A model generated the notes under the pieces. The model had not been told where the DNA came from and searched no databases. It was given only the letters and a program-made list of their open reading frames with translations. Positions 23,901 to 36,271 of a stretch of DNA of 64,000 nucleotides are shown here, piece by piece (the first letter of the stretch is position 1; every line of letters begins with the position of its first letter). Both the position numbers and the translations under genes were made by a program. The stretch comes from an uncultured Gemmatimonadaceae bacterium (GTDB lineage: Bacteria; Gemmatimonadota; Gemmatimonadetes; Gemmatimonadales; Gemmatimonadaceae). The stretch spans positions 1,760,001 through 1,824,000 of the forward strand of contig CAWJMB010000002.1 in NCBI GenBank assembly GCA_963843845.1. The letters run 5' to 3'.

Positions 23901-24007
23901 CGGAGCGGCACGTAGGGCGGCAGGCTCTGGCCGCGAGTCACCCGCGGGGCGATCGTCAGCCCGAGGACGACGGCGAGCAGGGGCACCCAGCGAGCGGCGG
24001 AGCGCAT
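20966..24007 (-). CDS. large secreted protein: gluzincin-like HEXXH domain, PD40/TolB-like propeller, probable C-terminal beta-barrel
   Basis: signal peptide, WRTLETPHF, HEFAH..PRWVWEGYATY, PSPDG/PRWSHDG repeats, amphipathic beta C-terminus. Confidence 0.72.
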   Translation of the reverse strand: MRSAARWVPLLAVVLGLTIAPRVTRGQSLPPYVPLRPHAAWRTLETPHFVAHFPAELEGWTRAAIGRIEDQRDAVRRLVGWAPRGRVTVLVADPYNDANGSAYPFLREPAVFLWPVPASPRDQTGDARWAELLTVHEFAHVAHLARPTRNPLRRTLASLLPTNVGPIGPHTPRWVWEGYATYVEGALTGRGRPYGVWRPAFLRQWAIEGRLPTYAAVSGGGGFAAGSFAYLAGSAYFEWLVAQRGDSSAPALWRRMTARTTRSFDAAFAGVFPGTPAELYARWSGQVTAEAVAAERALRDAGLVEGALVQRLRGATGDPAVSRDGERVALEVREPGRASRIVIWRTGPEPRDSARDAAAARARDRQRRLDPEDVAAVPYLPPSKRALATLTARDGRSFRAPRWFADARRLLVERDEPLADGTLRPDLWTWDSERDALRRVTRGAAVRDADPSPDGRSAIATRCVRGWCDLVAVDLVTGVVRTLVAGSTDRTFARPRWSHDGRRFAVAEQRTGRWTVTVGSIDAPGERHAIAPEDGASRYEPAFAAGSDALFVTSEASGVPNVERIDLTTRRVTTWSRVTGAAFAPEPIGTTGDLYALTLRSSGFDLRRFARGDSTRPAQSAALAPTTRVATGAGAEAAANAVARRPPARTDTFALALLAPSTSYGFGRRAASLVPAGAYSADGHTVAGAFTTSDPIGRLTTVLTGAAGEPATWRGGALSAALRVLPTTIEGQLFGAAQRIGTSRFAARGASGERAMALGAPSAPTATPPVERADLRYHGALLALAHRSIAAPFTLTGRIGASAGRLELRDGDARGARTRSTRTIAFADVGGGIVRGRRDRTATLSVRATQSVGSSDGDRFRRWLVAGDVSLAGSRGGVHGAYARGMLRGGARVERFAVGGPESGLLDAALLGQRLPMPALPTGTIAGRGVEMARVDVTGFVLSPYLWSARSVAPAPDRASPWLAVVGAQRTWTTGSVPFARAPGIRATAGVGYALDGPTRRRAQLYVAVAARP

Positions 24008-24084
24008 CTGACGACGACTGGAAGCGCGAAGGGCGGGCGCCGTCGCTCGGCGCCCGCCCTCGACCATGAGACGTGACGACGCGC

Positions 24085-24273
24085 TCAGCGCGCCGGCGCC
24101 GGCTCCGAGCGGCGGCGGTTGCGCGCCGTGCGATCCTGCAGCCACGTCAGCGGGATGATGAACAGCGGCGTCAGGAACAGGCCGAGCAGGGTGTTGATCC
24201 AGACGAGGGCGATGTAGTACGCCGTCATTCCGAAAGCGGCCCAGAGCGTTCCGAGCACGTTGTGCGATTCCAC
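24085..24273 (-). CDS. small membrane protein, 62 aa
   Basis: GTG start after GGGGTGA; MESHNVLGTLWAAFGMTAYYIALVWINTLLGLFLTPLFIIPLTWLQDR...; codon usage fits. Confidence 0.6.
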   Translation of the reverse strand: MESHNVLGTLWAAFGMTAYYIALVWINTLLGLFLTPLFIIPLTWLQDRTARNRRRSEPAPAR

Positions 24274-24342
24274 GTCGTCACCCCGATTCAGGTTCGGACG
24301 GGAACGTAGCGAGGTGCGCGCTCGGCGGGTAGCGGCGCGCGG

Positions 24343-25353
24343 ATGCATCTTCCGCGCATGTGCGCACGCGCGACGACAGACGCGGTACACGCCGCGCTCG
24401 CTCCCTTCGCGGCGCGCGGTGACCGCGTGGTGCTCGCGGTTTCGGGCGGTCTCGATTCGATGGTGCTGCTCGACGCAGCCTCGAGCGGGGCGCGTGATGC
24501 GATCGCCGGCGTCGCGACGTTCGATCACGCCACGGGCCCCGCGGCGACCGCGGCGGCAGACTTCGTGGTCGCCAGCGCGGCGGCTCGGGGCCTGCCCGTG
24601 CGCCGCGGCCGAGCCCGAGCGTCCGGCACGACCGAGGCCGCCTGGCGCGACGCCCGCTGGCACTTTCTCCGCGCCGCCGCGTGCGCCTTCGGCGCCACGC
24701 ACGTCGCCACGGCGCACACGCGCGACGATCAGGTCGAGACGGTGGTGCTGCGCCTGCTGCGCGACGCGAGCGCCTGGGGGCTCGCCGGGCTGTACGCCGA
24801 GTCGCCCGATGTCGTGCGGCCGTTCGTCGGGCTGTCGCGCGCGACGCTGGCGGAGGATGCGCATGTCCACGGCGTCGTGTGGATCGACGATCCGAGCAAC
24901 GCGACGCTGCGTCACCGGCGCAATCGCGTGCGCCACGAGCTGCTGCCCGTGCTTCGTCGCGCCCGTCCGGCGATCGAGGACGAGTTGCTGGCGGTCGCGG
25001 CATCCGCCGCGCGCTGGCGAGCGGATGTGGACGCGTTCATCGACGCGCACGTGGCGATCACGCACGCCGCCGACGGCACGCTTCACGTTGCCACGTCTTC
25101 ACTCGCCCGATATGATGCGAATGTGTGGGCCGCGCTGTGGCCGGCCGTCGCCGCGCGTGGGCGGGTCCGGCTCGACCGCCGCGGTGTGGTACGATTGACA
25201 GAGTTCACGCGCAGCATCGCCGCGGGGGCCGCCGTCGGGCGCCGGATCCAGCTGTCCGGTTTCGTCGACGTCGAGTCCGTCCGCGGCGCGATCGTTCTCC
25301 GACGTCACGATGACGGACCGGCGGCGCCGGCCAGGGGTACACATTCGCTGTGA
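24343..25353 (+). CDS. tilS: tRNA(Ile)-lysidine synthetase
   Basis: AVSGGLDS PP-loop, TAHTRDDQVETV, DDPSN, RNRVRHELLP; upstream of hpt-ftsH. Confidence 0.92.
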   Translation: MHLPRMCARATTDAVHAALAPFAARGDRVVLAVSGGLDSMVLLDAASSGARDAIAGVATFDHATGPAATAAADFVVASAAARGLPVRRGRARASGTTEAAWRDARWHFLRAAACAFGATHVATAHTRDDQVETVVLRLLRDASAWGLAGLYAESPDVVRPFVGLSRATLAEDAHVHGVVWIDDPSNATLRHRRNRVRHELLPVLRRARPAIEDELLAVAASAARWRADVDAFIDAHVAITHAADGTLHVATSSLARYDANVWAALWPAVAARGRVRLDRRGVVRLTEFTRSIAAGAAVGRRIQLSGFVDVESVRGAIVLRRHDDGPAAPARGTHSL

Positions 25354-25904
25354 ACGCATCGACGGCTGATCCGCGGCTCGAAGGACGTGCGCTGCGACGG
25401 GTCGCATTCAGCGACGCAGACATCGCGGCGCGCGTCCGCGCGCTCGGCGAGGAGATCACCGCCTCCTATCCGGATGGCGAGCTGCTCGTGCTCGGTCTGC
25501 TCAAGGGGAGCTTCATCTTCCTGAGCGATCTCGTGCGTGCCATCCACCGGCCGCTGCACGTCGACTTTCTCGTCGCCTCGAGCTACGGAGACGCGACCGA
25601 ATCGAGCGGCATCGTCCGCCTGGTGTACGATCCGGAAACAGAACTCGAGGGCAAGCACATTCTGCTCGTGGAGGACATCGTCGACTCGGGGCGCACGCTC
25701 CAGCGACTCACGGAGCTGCTGGTCGAGCGGAAGCCGCGCTCGCTGGAGATCTGTGCGCTCCTCCACAAGCACATCGCGACCCACCTGACCTCGCCGGTGC
25801 GCTTCGTCGGTTTCGACGCGCCGCACGAGTTTCTCGTCGGGTATGGGCTCGACCACGCCGAGAGCTTTCGGCACCTGCCGTACGTGGCGAGCCTTCAGCA
25901 GTGA
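25350..25904 (+). CDS. hpt: hypoxanthine phosphoribosyltransferase
   Basis: GLLKGSFIF, LLVEDIVDSGRTL, FLVGYGLD. Confidence 0.96.
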   Translation: MNASTADPRLEGRALRRVAFSDADIAARVRALGEEITASYPDGELLVLGLLKGSFIFLSDLVRAIHRPLHVDFLVASSYGDATESSGIVRLVYDPETELEGKHILLVEDIVDSGRTLQRLTELLVERKPRSLEICALLHKHIATHLTSPVRFVGFDAPHEFLVGYGLDHAESFRHLPYVASLQQ

Positions 25905-25935
25905 CTACGGCACAACGCAGGACACGGTGAGGTAG

Positions 25936-27925
<1,990 letters not shown>

Positions 27926-27945
27926 TCGCTGGACCGTGCACGAAC

Positions 27946-27981
27946 GCGGGGCCGCTCGGACGATCGAGCGGCCCCGCTTTC
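27946..27981 (+). terminator. terminator-like hairpin after ftsH
   Basis: GCGGGGCCGCTCG-gacgat-CGAGCGGCCCCGC-TTT. Confidence 0.65.
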
Positions 27982-28027
27982 GTTAGGCAGGTTACCGGGG
28001 CTCGGAGCGCCGTGTAGGTTCGCCGGG

Positions 28028-28825
28028 ATGGAGCTGTTCGGGCAGATCGGGGCGCTCAGGGTCGGTTGGCGCGACGTCGTCGAGGTCGTCCTCGTCGCGT
28101 ACGTGCTGTATCGGCTGTTGCTCCTGATCCGCGGCACGCGCGCCGTGCAGATCCTGAGCGGGATCGTCGTGTTGTGCGCCGGATACGGCGTGGCGTGGGC
28201 GGTCGGCCTGACGACGATCACCTACGTCCTGGAGGTCGTCTTCAAGTACGGCGGGTTCGCGCTGCTCATCCTCTTCCAGCCGGAGCTCCGCGCGGCACTC
28301 GCGCAGCTCGGCCAGGCGCGCGTGCCGACGCTGTTCCGTCGGCTCGAGGAAGGGGAGGTCGTCGACGAGATCACGGACGCCGTGGAGCGGTTGAGCCGCT
28401 CGAGCACCGGAGCGATCATCGTCGTGGAGCGCGACGTGCCGTTGGGCGACTACGTGGAGACGGGGACGCAGTTGAACGCGAAGGTCTCCGGCGACCTGCT
28501 GACGACGATCTTCACGCCCTACTCGCCGCTGCACGACGGGGCCGTCATCATCCGCGACGACGCGATGATCGGGGCGGGGTGCATCCTGCCGCTGTCGCAG
28601 GCGCCGATCGAGGACCGATCGTTAGGCACCCGGCACCGCGCCGCGCTCGGCCTCGCGGAAGAGACGGATGCGCTCGTCGTCGTCGTGAGCGAGGAGACGG
28701 GGACGATCTCGCTCGCGAACGGCGCGCGACTGACGCGCAATCTCACGCCGCAGCAGCTCCGGGATCTGCTCAGCGGGCGGCCGCCGCGCGTCACGACGGA
28801 GCAGCCCGTCATCGTCGCGGCGTGA
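28028..28825 (+). CDS. dacA: diadenylate cyclase CdaA/DacA
   Basis: three N-terminal TM segments, [29 protein letters not shown]. Confidence 0.95.
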   Translation: MELFGQIGALRVGWRDVVEVVLVAYVLYRLLLLIRGTRAVQILSGIVVLCAGYGVAWAVGLTTITYVLEVVFKYGGFALLILFQPELRAALAQLGQARVPTLFRRLEEGEVVDEITDAVERLSRSSTGAIIVVERDVPLGDYVETGTQLNAKVSGDLLTTIFTPYSPLHDGAVIIRDDAMIGAGCILPLSQAPIEDRSLGTRHRAALGLAEETDALVVVVSEETGTISLANGARLTRNLTPQQLRDLLSGRPPRVTTEQPVIVAA

Positions 28826-30726
28826 CGCGGCCCCGCGTCGCGGTCGCCGCGGGGCTCGCGCTGTTCGTCTTGTACGTCGGAACGGCGGCGCGCGACGTCA
28901 CGTTCTGGGACGCCGGCGAGTTCCTCGCCGCCTTCCACACGCTGGGCATTCCCCATCCCCCGGGAACGCCGCTGTTCGTGCTGCTCGGCCGCGTGGCGAC
29001 GCTCGCGCTCGCGCCGCTCGGACCGGTGCTGCCGGGGAGCCTGCTGTCCGCGGCGACGACGGCAGCCGCCGGTGCGCTGACGGCGTGGCTCGTGGAGCGA
29101 TGGACCGCATCGGCGCCCGCGGCGTTCGCGGCCGCGATCGCCGCCGGGACGATGAGTACCGTCTGGCTCGACGCGACCGAGACCGAAGTCTACGCTCCGT
29201 CGCTCGCACTCTCGATCACGATGCTCGTCGCGGCCGAGCGGGCGTCGACCGACGACGTGCGCCCCGAGCGGTGGACGCGGCTGATCGCGCTGCTCTTCGG
29301 GCTGGCCGTGCCGCTCCACCTGAGCGCGCTGATCGCGGCGCCGCCGGTCGTTCTGCTCGCCGCGACGCGCGGCGGGCGACGCTTCGACGTCGCGCTCGCG
29401 CTGCGCCTGACGGGACTGGCCATCCTGGCGGCGGGCGTCGGCCGCATGTCGGTCGCGACGGTCGGGGTGGGTGCCCTGGTCGTCGTCGCCGCGGGCGCAC
29501 ACGAGCGGCGCTACGGTGAGAGCGCCGCGGAGTGTGCGCTGCTCGCGCTCGGTACGTCCGCGCTCCTCGTTCTGCTCGTTCGCGCGCGGATGGATCCGGC
29601 GCTCAACCAGGGCAATCCCGCGACGTGGACGGCGCTCGCCGACGTCGTCGCGCGTCGGCAGTACGCGGTCGCGCCGCTCTGGCCACGCCAGGCGCCGTGG
29701 TGGCTCCAGCTCGCGAACGTCGGCGAATGGGCCGACTGGCAGATCGCGCTCGGCCTGCACGGCGCCGTCGAACCGAGCCTGCGACGAACGCCGCTCACGC
29801 TCCTGTTCGTGTTGCTGGGCGGGGCAGGGCTCGCGTCGCTGGCGCGGTCGAAGCAGCGCGCACTCCTCGCCACGTCCGCGTTGCTGGTCGCGAGCACGAT
29901 CGGGGTCGTCGCGTATCTCAACCTGAAGGCCGGCCCCTCGTTCGGGATCGGCGTGCTTCCCGCCGGCGCGATGCACGAGGCACGCGAGCGCGACTACTTC
30001 TTCGCCCTCGGCTTCTGGACGTGGGGCGCGCTCGCCGGGGTCGGTGCCGTGTACGCCGCGACGCGGCTGATGCGCCGACCCCGGATCGGGGTCGCCATCG
30101 CGGCGATTCCGGTCGCGACCAACTGGGGAGGGGTGACGCGCCTGCACGAGCCGGATGCGTCGCTGCCACGCGGACTCGCGACCGCGCTGCTCGCCACCGT
30201 GCCGTCGAACGGCGTCTACCTCGCGATCGGCGACAACGACAGCTACCCCGTGTGGTTCCTGCAGCGCGCGGAGGGCGCGCGCCCCGACGTGACGGCGGTG
30301 ACCATTCCGCTGCTCGGCGCGCCCTGGTATCGGGGCGAACTCTCTCGCCGGCACGGATTGTTGCCGGATACCGCGTCGGCACGGTGGCTCGGGCTCGATG
30401 CGACGGTGAAGCTCATCGCACGCCGCGCAGCGGCGCGCGGTCGCGGCGTCGTCGTCTCCGCAGGCATCACCGACTCGAACCGCATCGTGCTCGGCGGCAG
30501 GTGGACGCGCGTCGGGACGGGGTGGTGGTGGGACGTCGACGCGCCCATGTACTCGTCGGCCGTCGATTCGGCGGCGACGCGAGCCGTCGCGCGGTCGATC
30601 GCGCCGCTGCTGCTCGCACCGGTGCGGCACGGTGGCGACGGCGTCGCGGAGTGGGCGCAGACGCTGCTGCGGTGTGCGAGTCCGGACGCGGTCGCTTCCC
30701 TTGATGCGCGCTGTAACTCCAAGTAA
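28822..30726 (+). CDS. DUF2723 (TMEM260-like GT-C) membrane protein
   Basis: TFWDAGEF, LGIPHPPGTPLF, ETEVY, EARERDYFF, GDNDSYPVW. Confidence 0.85.
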   Translation: MTRPRVAVAAGLALFVLYVGTAARDVTFWDAGEFLAAFHTLGIPHPPGTPLFVLLGRVATLALAPLGPVLPGSLLSAATTAAAGALTAWLVERWTASAPAAFAAAIAAGTMSTVWLDATETEVYAPSLALSITMLVAAERASTDDVRPERWTRLIALLFGLAVPLHLSALIAAPPVVLLAATRGGRRFDVALALRLTGLAILAAGVGRMSVATVGVGALVVVAAGAHERRYGESAAECALLALGTSALLVLLVRARMDPALNQGNPATWTALADVVARRQYAVAPLWPRQAPWWLQLANVGEWADWQIALGLHGAVEPSLRRTPLTLLFVLLGGAGLASLARSKQRALLATSALLVASTIGVVAYLNLKAGPSFGIGVLPAGAMHEARERDYFFALGFWTWGALAGVGAVYAATRLMRRPRIGVAIAAIPVATNWGGVTRLHEPDASLPRGLATALLATVPSNGVYLAIGDNDSYPVWFLQRAEGARPDVTAVTIPLLGAPWYRGELSRRHGLLPDTASARWLGLDATVKLIARRAAARGRGVVVSAGITDSNRIVLGGRWTRVGTGWWWDVDAPMYSSAVDSAATRAVARSIAPLLLAPVRHGGDGVAEWAQTLLRCASPDAVASLDARCNSK

Positions 30727-30729
30727 AAT
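30701..30729 (+). promoter_or_regulatory. sigma70-type promoter for yggS
   Basis: TTGATG-N17-TAAAAT, 8 nt before the ATG. Confidence 0.6.
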
Positions 30730-30737
30730 TGCACGTT

Positions 30738-31424
30738 ATGCCATTTCCGGAGTTGCCCGACCGGCTCGCCGCCGTGCGCGACCGTGTCGAGCGGGCAGTC
30801 GGCCGGGGCGGGCACCGACAGGCGGTCACCATCGTCGCCGTCACGAAGACGCACGGACCCGATGCGGTGCAGGCGGCGTGGCAGGCCGGTCTGCACGACG
30901 TCGGGGAGAATCGCGTGCAGGAAGCCGTTCCGAAGATGAGCGCGGCGGCCGTTCCCGTTCGGTGGCACCTCATCGGGCACCTGCAGCGCAACAAGGTGCG
31001 AGCGACCGACGGCTTCGCGATGCTTCACTCGGTCGACAGTGCTCGCCTCGCCGACGCGGTGCACGCGCACGGCGTGGAGCGCGGCGCCGCGGTCGACGCG
31101 CTCGTCCAGGTCAACGTGAGCGGCGAGGGAACGAAGGGCGGCTTCACCCTCGGCGAGCTGCGCGCCGAGGCGGAGCGCATGGCGATGTTGCCCGGAATCT
31201 CGGTGCGTGGCGTGATGACGATGGCGCCGCTCGACGCGCCCGAGGAGGTGCTCCGGCGGGTCTTCGCCGGCGCGCGCGAGGCGAGGGACGTGCTGCGCGC
31301 GGTCGGACATCCGGCGACGGAGCTGTCGATGGGAATGTCGAACGACTTCGAGCTCGCCGTCGAGGAAGGTGCGACGATGGTCCGGCTCGGAACGATGTTC
31401 TTTGGCGCGCGCGATCGAGGCTGA
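30738..31424 (+). CDS. yggS: PLP homeostasis protein YggS
   Basis: VAVTKT, GENRVQE, WHLIGHLQRNK, LSMGMSNDF, GATMVRLG. Confidence 0.95.
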   Translation: MPFPELPDRLAAVRDRVERAVGRGGHRQAVTIVAVTKTHGPDAVQAAWQAGLHDVGENRVQEAVPKMSAAAVPVRWHLIGHLQRNKVRATDGFAMLHSVDSARLADAVHAHGVERGAAVDALVQVNVSGEGTKGGFTLGELRAEAERMAMLPGISVRGVMTMAPLDAPEEVLRRVFAGAREARDVLRAVGHPATELSMGMSNDFELAVEEGATMVRLGTMFFGARDRG

Positions 31425-31437
31425 GCAAGGCGATTCG

Positions 31438-32019
31438 ATGAGTGACGAGACTTTCCGGCTGACGGCGCTCGACGTGCGCCGGTACGACTTCGGCACCGCG
31501 CTGCGCGGCTACGACAAGACGCGGGTGGATCAGTTCCGCGAGCAGGTCGCGTCGGAGCTGGAGCGACTGGCGCGCGTGAACCAGGAGCTCGAGCAGAAGG
31601 CGCGCAACTTCCACGAGCAGCTCCGCGCGTTCCGCGACCGCGACCGTGCGCTGAACGACGCGCTGATCTCCGCGCAGCAGCTGCGCGAGGACACGCGCGA
31701 CGCGGCCGAGCGCGACGCCGATCTCGTGAAGCGTGAGGCGCAGGCGGAAGCCGAGCGCCTGGTGCGCGAGGCGCGCGAGGTCGCGCAGCGCGAGACCGAG
31801 CGGTTGCGTGGCGAGGCGCGCCGCATCGAGGACGAGATCGCGAACCTCGACCGCGCGCACCGCACGTACGTCGCGCAGCTGCGTCTCCAGGCCGAGCGGC
31901 AGCTCGCCGAAGTCGCCGCGTCGGAGGCGAACGCGCTGCCGCTCGTCGCGCGACGCGAGCGGCTCGGCGACGGAGCGGGAAGCGTCGGCACGTCGGGCTC
32001 GGAGCCGGCGGGCGAGTGA
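31438..32019 (+). CDS. divIVA: DivIVA-domain protein
   Basis: LTALDVRRYDF...RGYDKTRVDQF followed by coiled coil. Confidence 0.88.
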   Translation: MSDETFRLTALDVRRYDFGTALRGYDKTRVDQFREQVASELERLARVNQELEQKARNFHEQLRAFRDRDRALNDALISAQQLREDTRDAAERDADLVKREAQAEAERLVREAREVAQRETERLRGEARRIEDEIANLDRAHRTYVAQLRLQAERQLAEVAASEANALPLVARRERLGDGAGSVGTSGSEPAGE

Positions 32020-35000
32020 GCGACCGGTATCCATCGCTGCCGGCGGAGCTGTCCGCCGACGCGCTCGAGCGCGAGATCCTCGCGGGGTGGGAGCGTGACG
32101 GGCTGTTCGAGCGGTCGCTCGCGGCGCGCGCCGGCGCGCCCGACTTCGTGTTCTACGAGGGGCCGCCGACCGCGAACGGGCGCCCCGGCATCCACCACGT
32201 CTACGCGCGCACCATCAAGGATCTGTTCTGCCGCCACCGCGCGATGCAGGGCTTCCGCGTGCTGCGCAAGGCAGGGTGGGACACGCACGGCCTGCCCGTC
32301 GAGATCGAGGTCGAGAAAGCGTTAGGCATCAGCGGGAAGCAGGACATCGAGCGGCTCGGCGTCGCGGAGTTCAACCGGCTCTGCCGCGAGAGCGTGTTCA
32401 GGTACCGCAGCGAGTGGGAGCAGCTCTCGTCGCGCATCGGGGTACTGGCTGGACTACGCGAATCCGTACGTCACGTACACGAACGAGTACGTGGAGAGCG
32501 TGTGGTGGGCGCTCAAGACGCTGCACGAGAAGGGCCTGCTCTACCTCGGCCACAAGATCCTTCCGTACTGCTCGCGGTGCGGCACGGCGCTGTCGTCGCA
32601 CGAAGTCGCGCAGGGATACGAGGAGGTCGAGGATCCGAGCGTGTACGTGGCGCTCGATCTGGAGGGGCGCGAGTGCAGGCGCGCGTCCGCCGTCGCATCC
32701 TCGTGTGGACGACGACGCCGTGGACGCTCGTGTCGAACACGGCGCTCGCCGTGCACCCCGAGCTGACGTACGTCGAGCTGCGCAAGAAGAACGTCACCGA
32801 GTGGACGATCGTGCTCGCCGAGGCGCGCGTCGCGGCGGTGCTGGGCGCGGACTGGGCGCGACGCGGTGGGACGTCGTCGGGTCAGATGCTGGGCGCGGAG
32901 CTCGCCGGCACGCGCTACCGTCGCCCGCTCGACTGGGTCGCGTACCCGGACGAGGGCGCGCACGAGATCATCGTCGCCGAAGACTTCGTGTCCGCGAGCG
33001 ACGGCTCGGGTGTCGTGCACATGGCGCCGGCGTTCGGCGCGGACGACTACGCGGCGGGGCGCCGGCACGGGCTCGCGTTCATGCAGCCGGTGAACGCGCG
33101 CGGCGAGTTCGACGCGGACGTGCCGGTCGTCGGCGGGATGTTCGTCGAAGAAGGCGGACGCGCTGATCATCGAGGAGCTGCGCGAGCGCGACGTGCTGTG
33201 GAAGGCGGGGACGTTCCTGCACCAGTACCCGCACTGCTGGCGGTGCCGCACGCCGCTGCTCTACTACGCGCGCGAGTCGTGGTTCGTGCGCACCACGGCG
33301 TACCGCGACGAGATGCTCGCGCGCAACGCGGCGATCGACTGGCACCCGCCGGAGGTCGGCGCGGGTCGGTTCGGCGAGTGGCTCGAGAACAACATCGACT
33401 GGGCGATCTCGCGCGACCGCTACTGGGGAACGCCGCTGCCGGTGTGGGTCAACGACGCCGACCCGTCCGAGGTCGACGTGATCGGCAGCTACGCGGAGCT
33501 CGCGCAGCGCATCGGCCGCGACGCTGCCTCGACGACTTCGATCCGCACAAGCCGTTCATCGACGAGTACACGTGGCCGGCGCCGAGCGGCACGGGCACGA
33601 TGCGGCGCGTGCCCGAGGTCATCGACACCTGGTTCGACTCGGGGTCGATGCCGTTCGCGCAGTGGCACTATCCGTTCGAGAATCGCGAGCAGACGGCGGC
33701 GCAGTTCCCCGCCGACTTCATCGCCGAGGGCGTCGACCAGACGCGCGGGTGGTTCTACTCGCTGCTCGCGATCGCGACGGGGCTCGGCGACGCGCTGCCG
33801 AACAACGGCGGCGTTCCGGCTTCGCCCTATCGCAGCGTCGTCGTCAACAACCAGGTCGTCGACGCGGCCGGGAAGAAGATGTCGAAGAGTCGCGGCAACG
33901 CGGTCGATCCGTGGGCCGTGATCGAGCGGCATGGCGTCGATGCCGTGCGGCTCTTCTTCGTCGGCGTCGGGCAGCTCGCGAACGTGCGTCGGTTCGACGA
34001 ATCCGAGATCCGCGAGTTCGCGGGGCGCTTCCTCCTCACGCTCCGCAACGTCTACAGCTTCTTCGCGCTGTACGCGAACTTCGGCTGGGAGCCGAGCCGC
34101 GACGATCCGCCGGTCGACCGAGCGTCCGCTGCTCGACCGCTGGGTGCTGTCGCGCCTCGCGGCCGTCGAAGCCGACGCCGACGCGGCGCTCACGGCGTAC
34201 GACGCGACGACGGCGGTGCGTCGCGTGCTCGAGTTCTTCGACGACGACGTGTCGAAGTGGTACGTGCGTCTCACGCGCGACCGCTTCTGGGACGACCTGT
34301 CGGCGCCGAGACGCGCGCGCGGCGTTCGCGACGCTGCACGAAGTGCTCGTCGTGACGACGCCGACTGCTCGCCCCGGTCGCGCCGTTCCTGCCGACTGGC
34401 TGCACCGCGCGCTCACCGGCGAATCGGTGCATCTCGCGCCGTACGCTCGCGGCGGACGCACGGCCGGCCACCGCGGCACACGACGTCGAGGCCGCGATGA
34501 CCGCCGTGCAGCGCCTCGCGACGCTCGGCCGCGCGGCGCGCGAGAGCGTGCGATCGCCGGTGCGGCAGCCGCTCGCCGAGCTCGTCGCGGTGATTCCATA
34601 CGCCGGGAGCGGGGCGACCGGCACGGTCGCGCGGCTCGTGCGTGAGCTCGAGCCGGTGCTCATGAGCGAGCTGAACGTGAAGCGCGTGCGATGGGCGGAG
34701 ACGGGCGACGCGCTCGTCACGCTCGAGGCGAAAGCGAACTTCCGGCAGCTCGGCAAGCGGTTCGGCAAGTCGACGCCGCTCGCCGCGAAGGGCGCCGAGG
34801 CGCTCAGCTCGGACGCGCTGCACCGCTTCGAGCACGGCGACGCGGTCGCGATCAGCGTCGACGGCGTCGACCACGTGCTCGAGGCGGGCGACGTCACCGT
34901 CGTGCGGCGCGCCACGGGCGGGTACGTCGTGCAGGAGTCGGACGGCTATGTCGTGGCGCTCGACGCCGAGGTCACGCCGGAGCTGCGGGCGGAGGGGCTC

Positions 35001-35267
35001 GCTCGCGAGCTCATCAGTCGGGTACAGCGTATGCGCAAGGAGGCCGGGCTCGCCGTCAGCGACCGCATCACGTTGCTGATGGACGGTGATGCGGACGTGG
35101 CAGCGGCGGCGCGGGCGCACACCGAGTATGTCGCGCGCGAGACACTCGCGTCGTCCATACTCGTGGGAACCCGGCGGGGTACAACAGCTCCGTCCGATCA
35201 TACGCTGACGCAGACGCTCGACTTCGACGGTCGCAGCCTCGTCGTCACACTCAGCAAGGACTCCTGA
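32016..35267 (+). CDS. ileS: isoleucyl-tRNA synthetase type 2 (multiple apparent frameshifts)
   Basis: [83 protein letters not shown]. Confidence 0.95.
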
Positions 35268-35701
35268 TGCCGTCCAGCGCACCCTCCAAGAGCCCGGCGA
35301 AAAAGTCGAAGGGCTTGCCCAAGAAGCAGATCGCGCACTTCGAGAAGCGGCTGCACGAAGAGCGGCGTCGCGTGCTCAAGGAGCTCGGCCACCACGGCGA
35401 CGCGTTCGGCGCGACATTCGCAGGAGTCGGACGGCGACCTGAGCTCGTACTCGTTCCACATGGCCGATCAGGGGACCGACGCCATGGAGCGGGAGAAGGC
35501 GTTCCTGTTCGCGAGCAAGGAAGGACGCTTTCTCTGGCACATCGACGAGGCGTTGCGGCGCCTGTACGGTCGCCCGAGACGTTCGGCAGTGTCACAGCTG
35601 CGGCAAGGAGATCGCGTTCGAGCGCCTCGACGCGCTTCCGCACGCGCGCTACTGCATCGATTGCAAGCAGCGCGAGGAAGACGGCGAAGAAGGCGGGCTG
35701 A
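35267..35701 (+). CDS. TraR/DksA C4 zinc-finger protein (two apparent frameshifts)
   Basis: HMADQGTDAMERE, IDEALRRL, CHSC..ERLDALPHARYCIDC across frames. Confidence 0.82.
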   Translation: MPSSAPSKSPAKKSKGLPKKQIAHFEKRLHEERRRVLKELGHHGDAFGATFAGVGRRPELVLVPHGRSGDRRHGAGEGVPVREQGRTLSLAHRRGVAAPVRSPETFGSVTAAARRSRSSASTRFRTRATASIASSARKTAKKAG

Positions 35702-35709
35702 GGCGACCG

Positions 35710-36240
35710 ATGCTCCGGGCGCAGGAGGCGGACGAGCTCACGACGAACGGCGTCGTCTACTGGCCCGTCGCGATGGCGATCGTGCTGGCCGACGCCGCGA
35801 CGAAGCAGATGGCGGAGTACGCCCTGCGGCCGGTCGGCATGCCGTATCCCGTCGTCGGCGACCATGTGCGCTTCACGCTGGTCTACAACCCCGGCGCGGC
35901 GTTCGGGCTGCACCTCGGCCCGCACTCGCGCTGGATCTTTCTGGCGCTGACCGGCGCGGTCGTCGCGGTCATCTGTGGCGGCTGTATCGTCAGACGCGCG
36001 ATCGCGACAACGTCCGCACGCTCTCCTCGCGCTCGTGTCGCGGCGGCGCGGTCGGCAACGCGCTCGACCGACTGCGATCGCCGGACGGCGTGGTCGACTT
36101 CCTCGACGTCGGCACTGCGGCAACGCGGTGGCCCACGTTCAATCTTGCCGACGTGGCCGTGAGCGTCGGCGCCTTCTTGCTAGCGTGGGTGCTGTGGGGG
36201 GAAGACGCGTCGTGCAGCGATCCGCTCGATCCGCAGGGTC
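35710..36240 (+). CDS. lspA: lipoprotein signal peptidase, copy 1 (frameshifted; end approximate)
   Basis: DAATK, YNPGAAFG, GAVGNALDRL, VVDFLD, FNLADVAV. Confidence 0.82.
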
Positions 36241-36271
36241 GTCGCACGATCGCCAGGCCGGCTCGCCGGCC

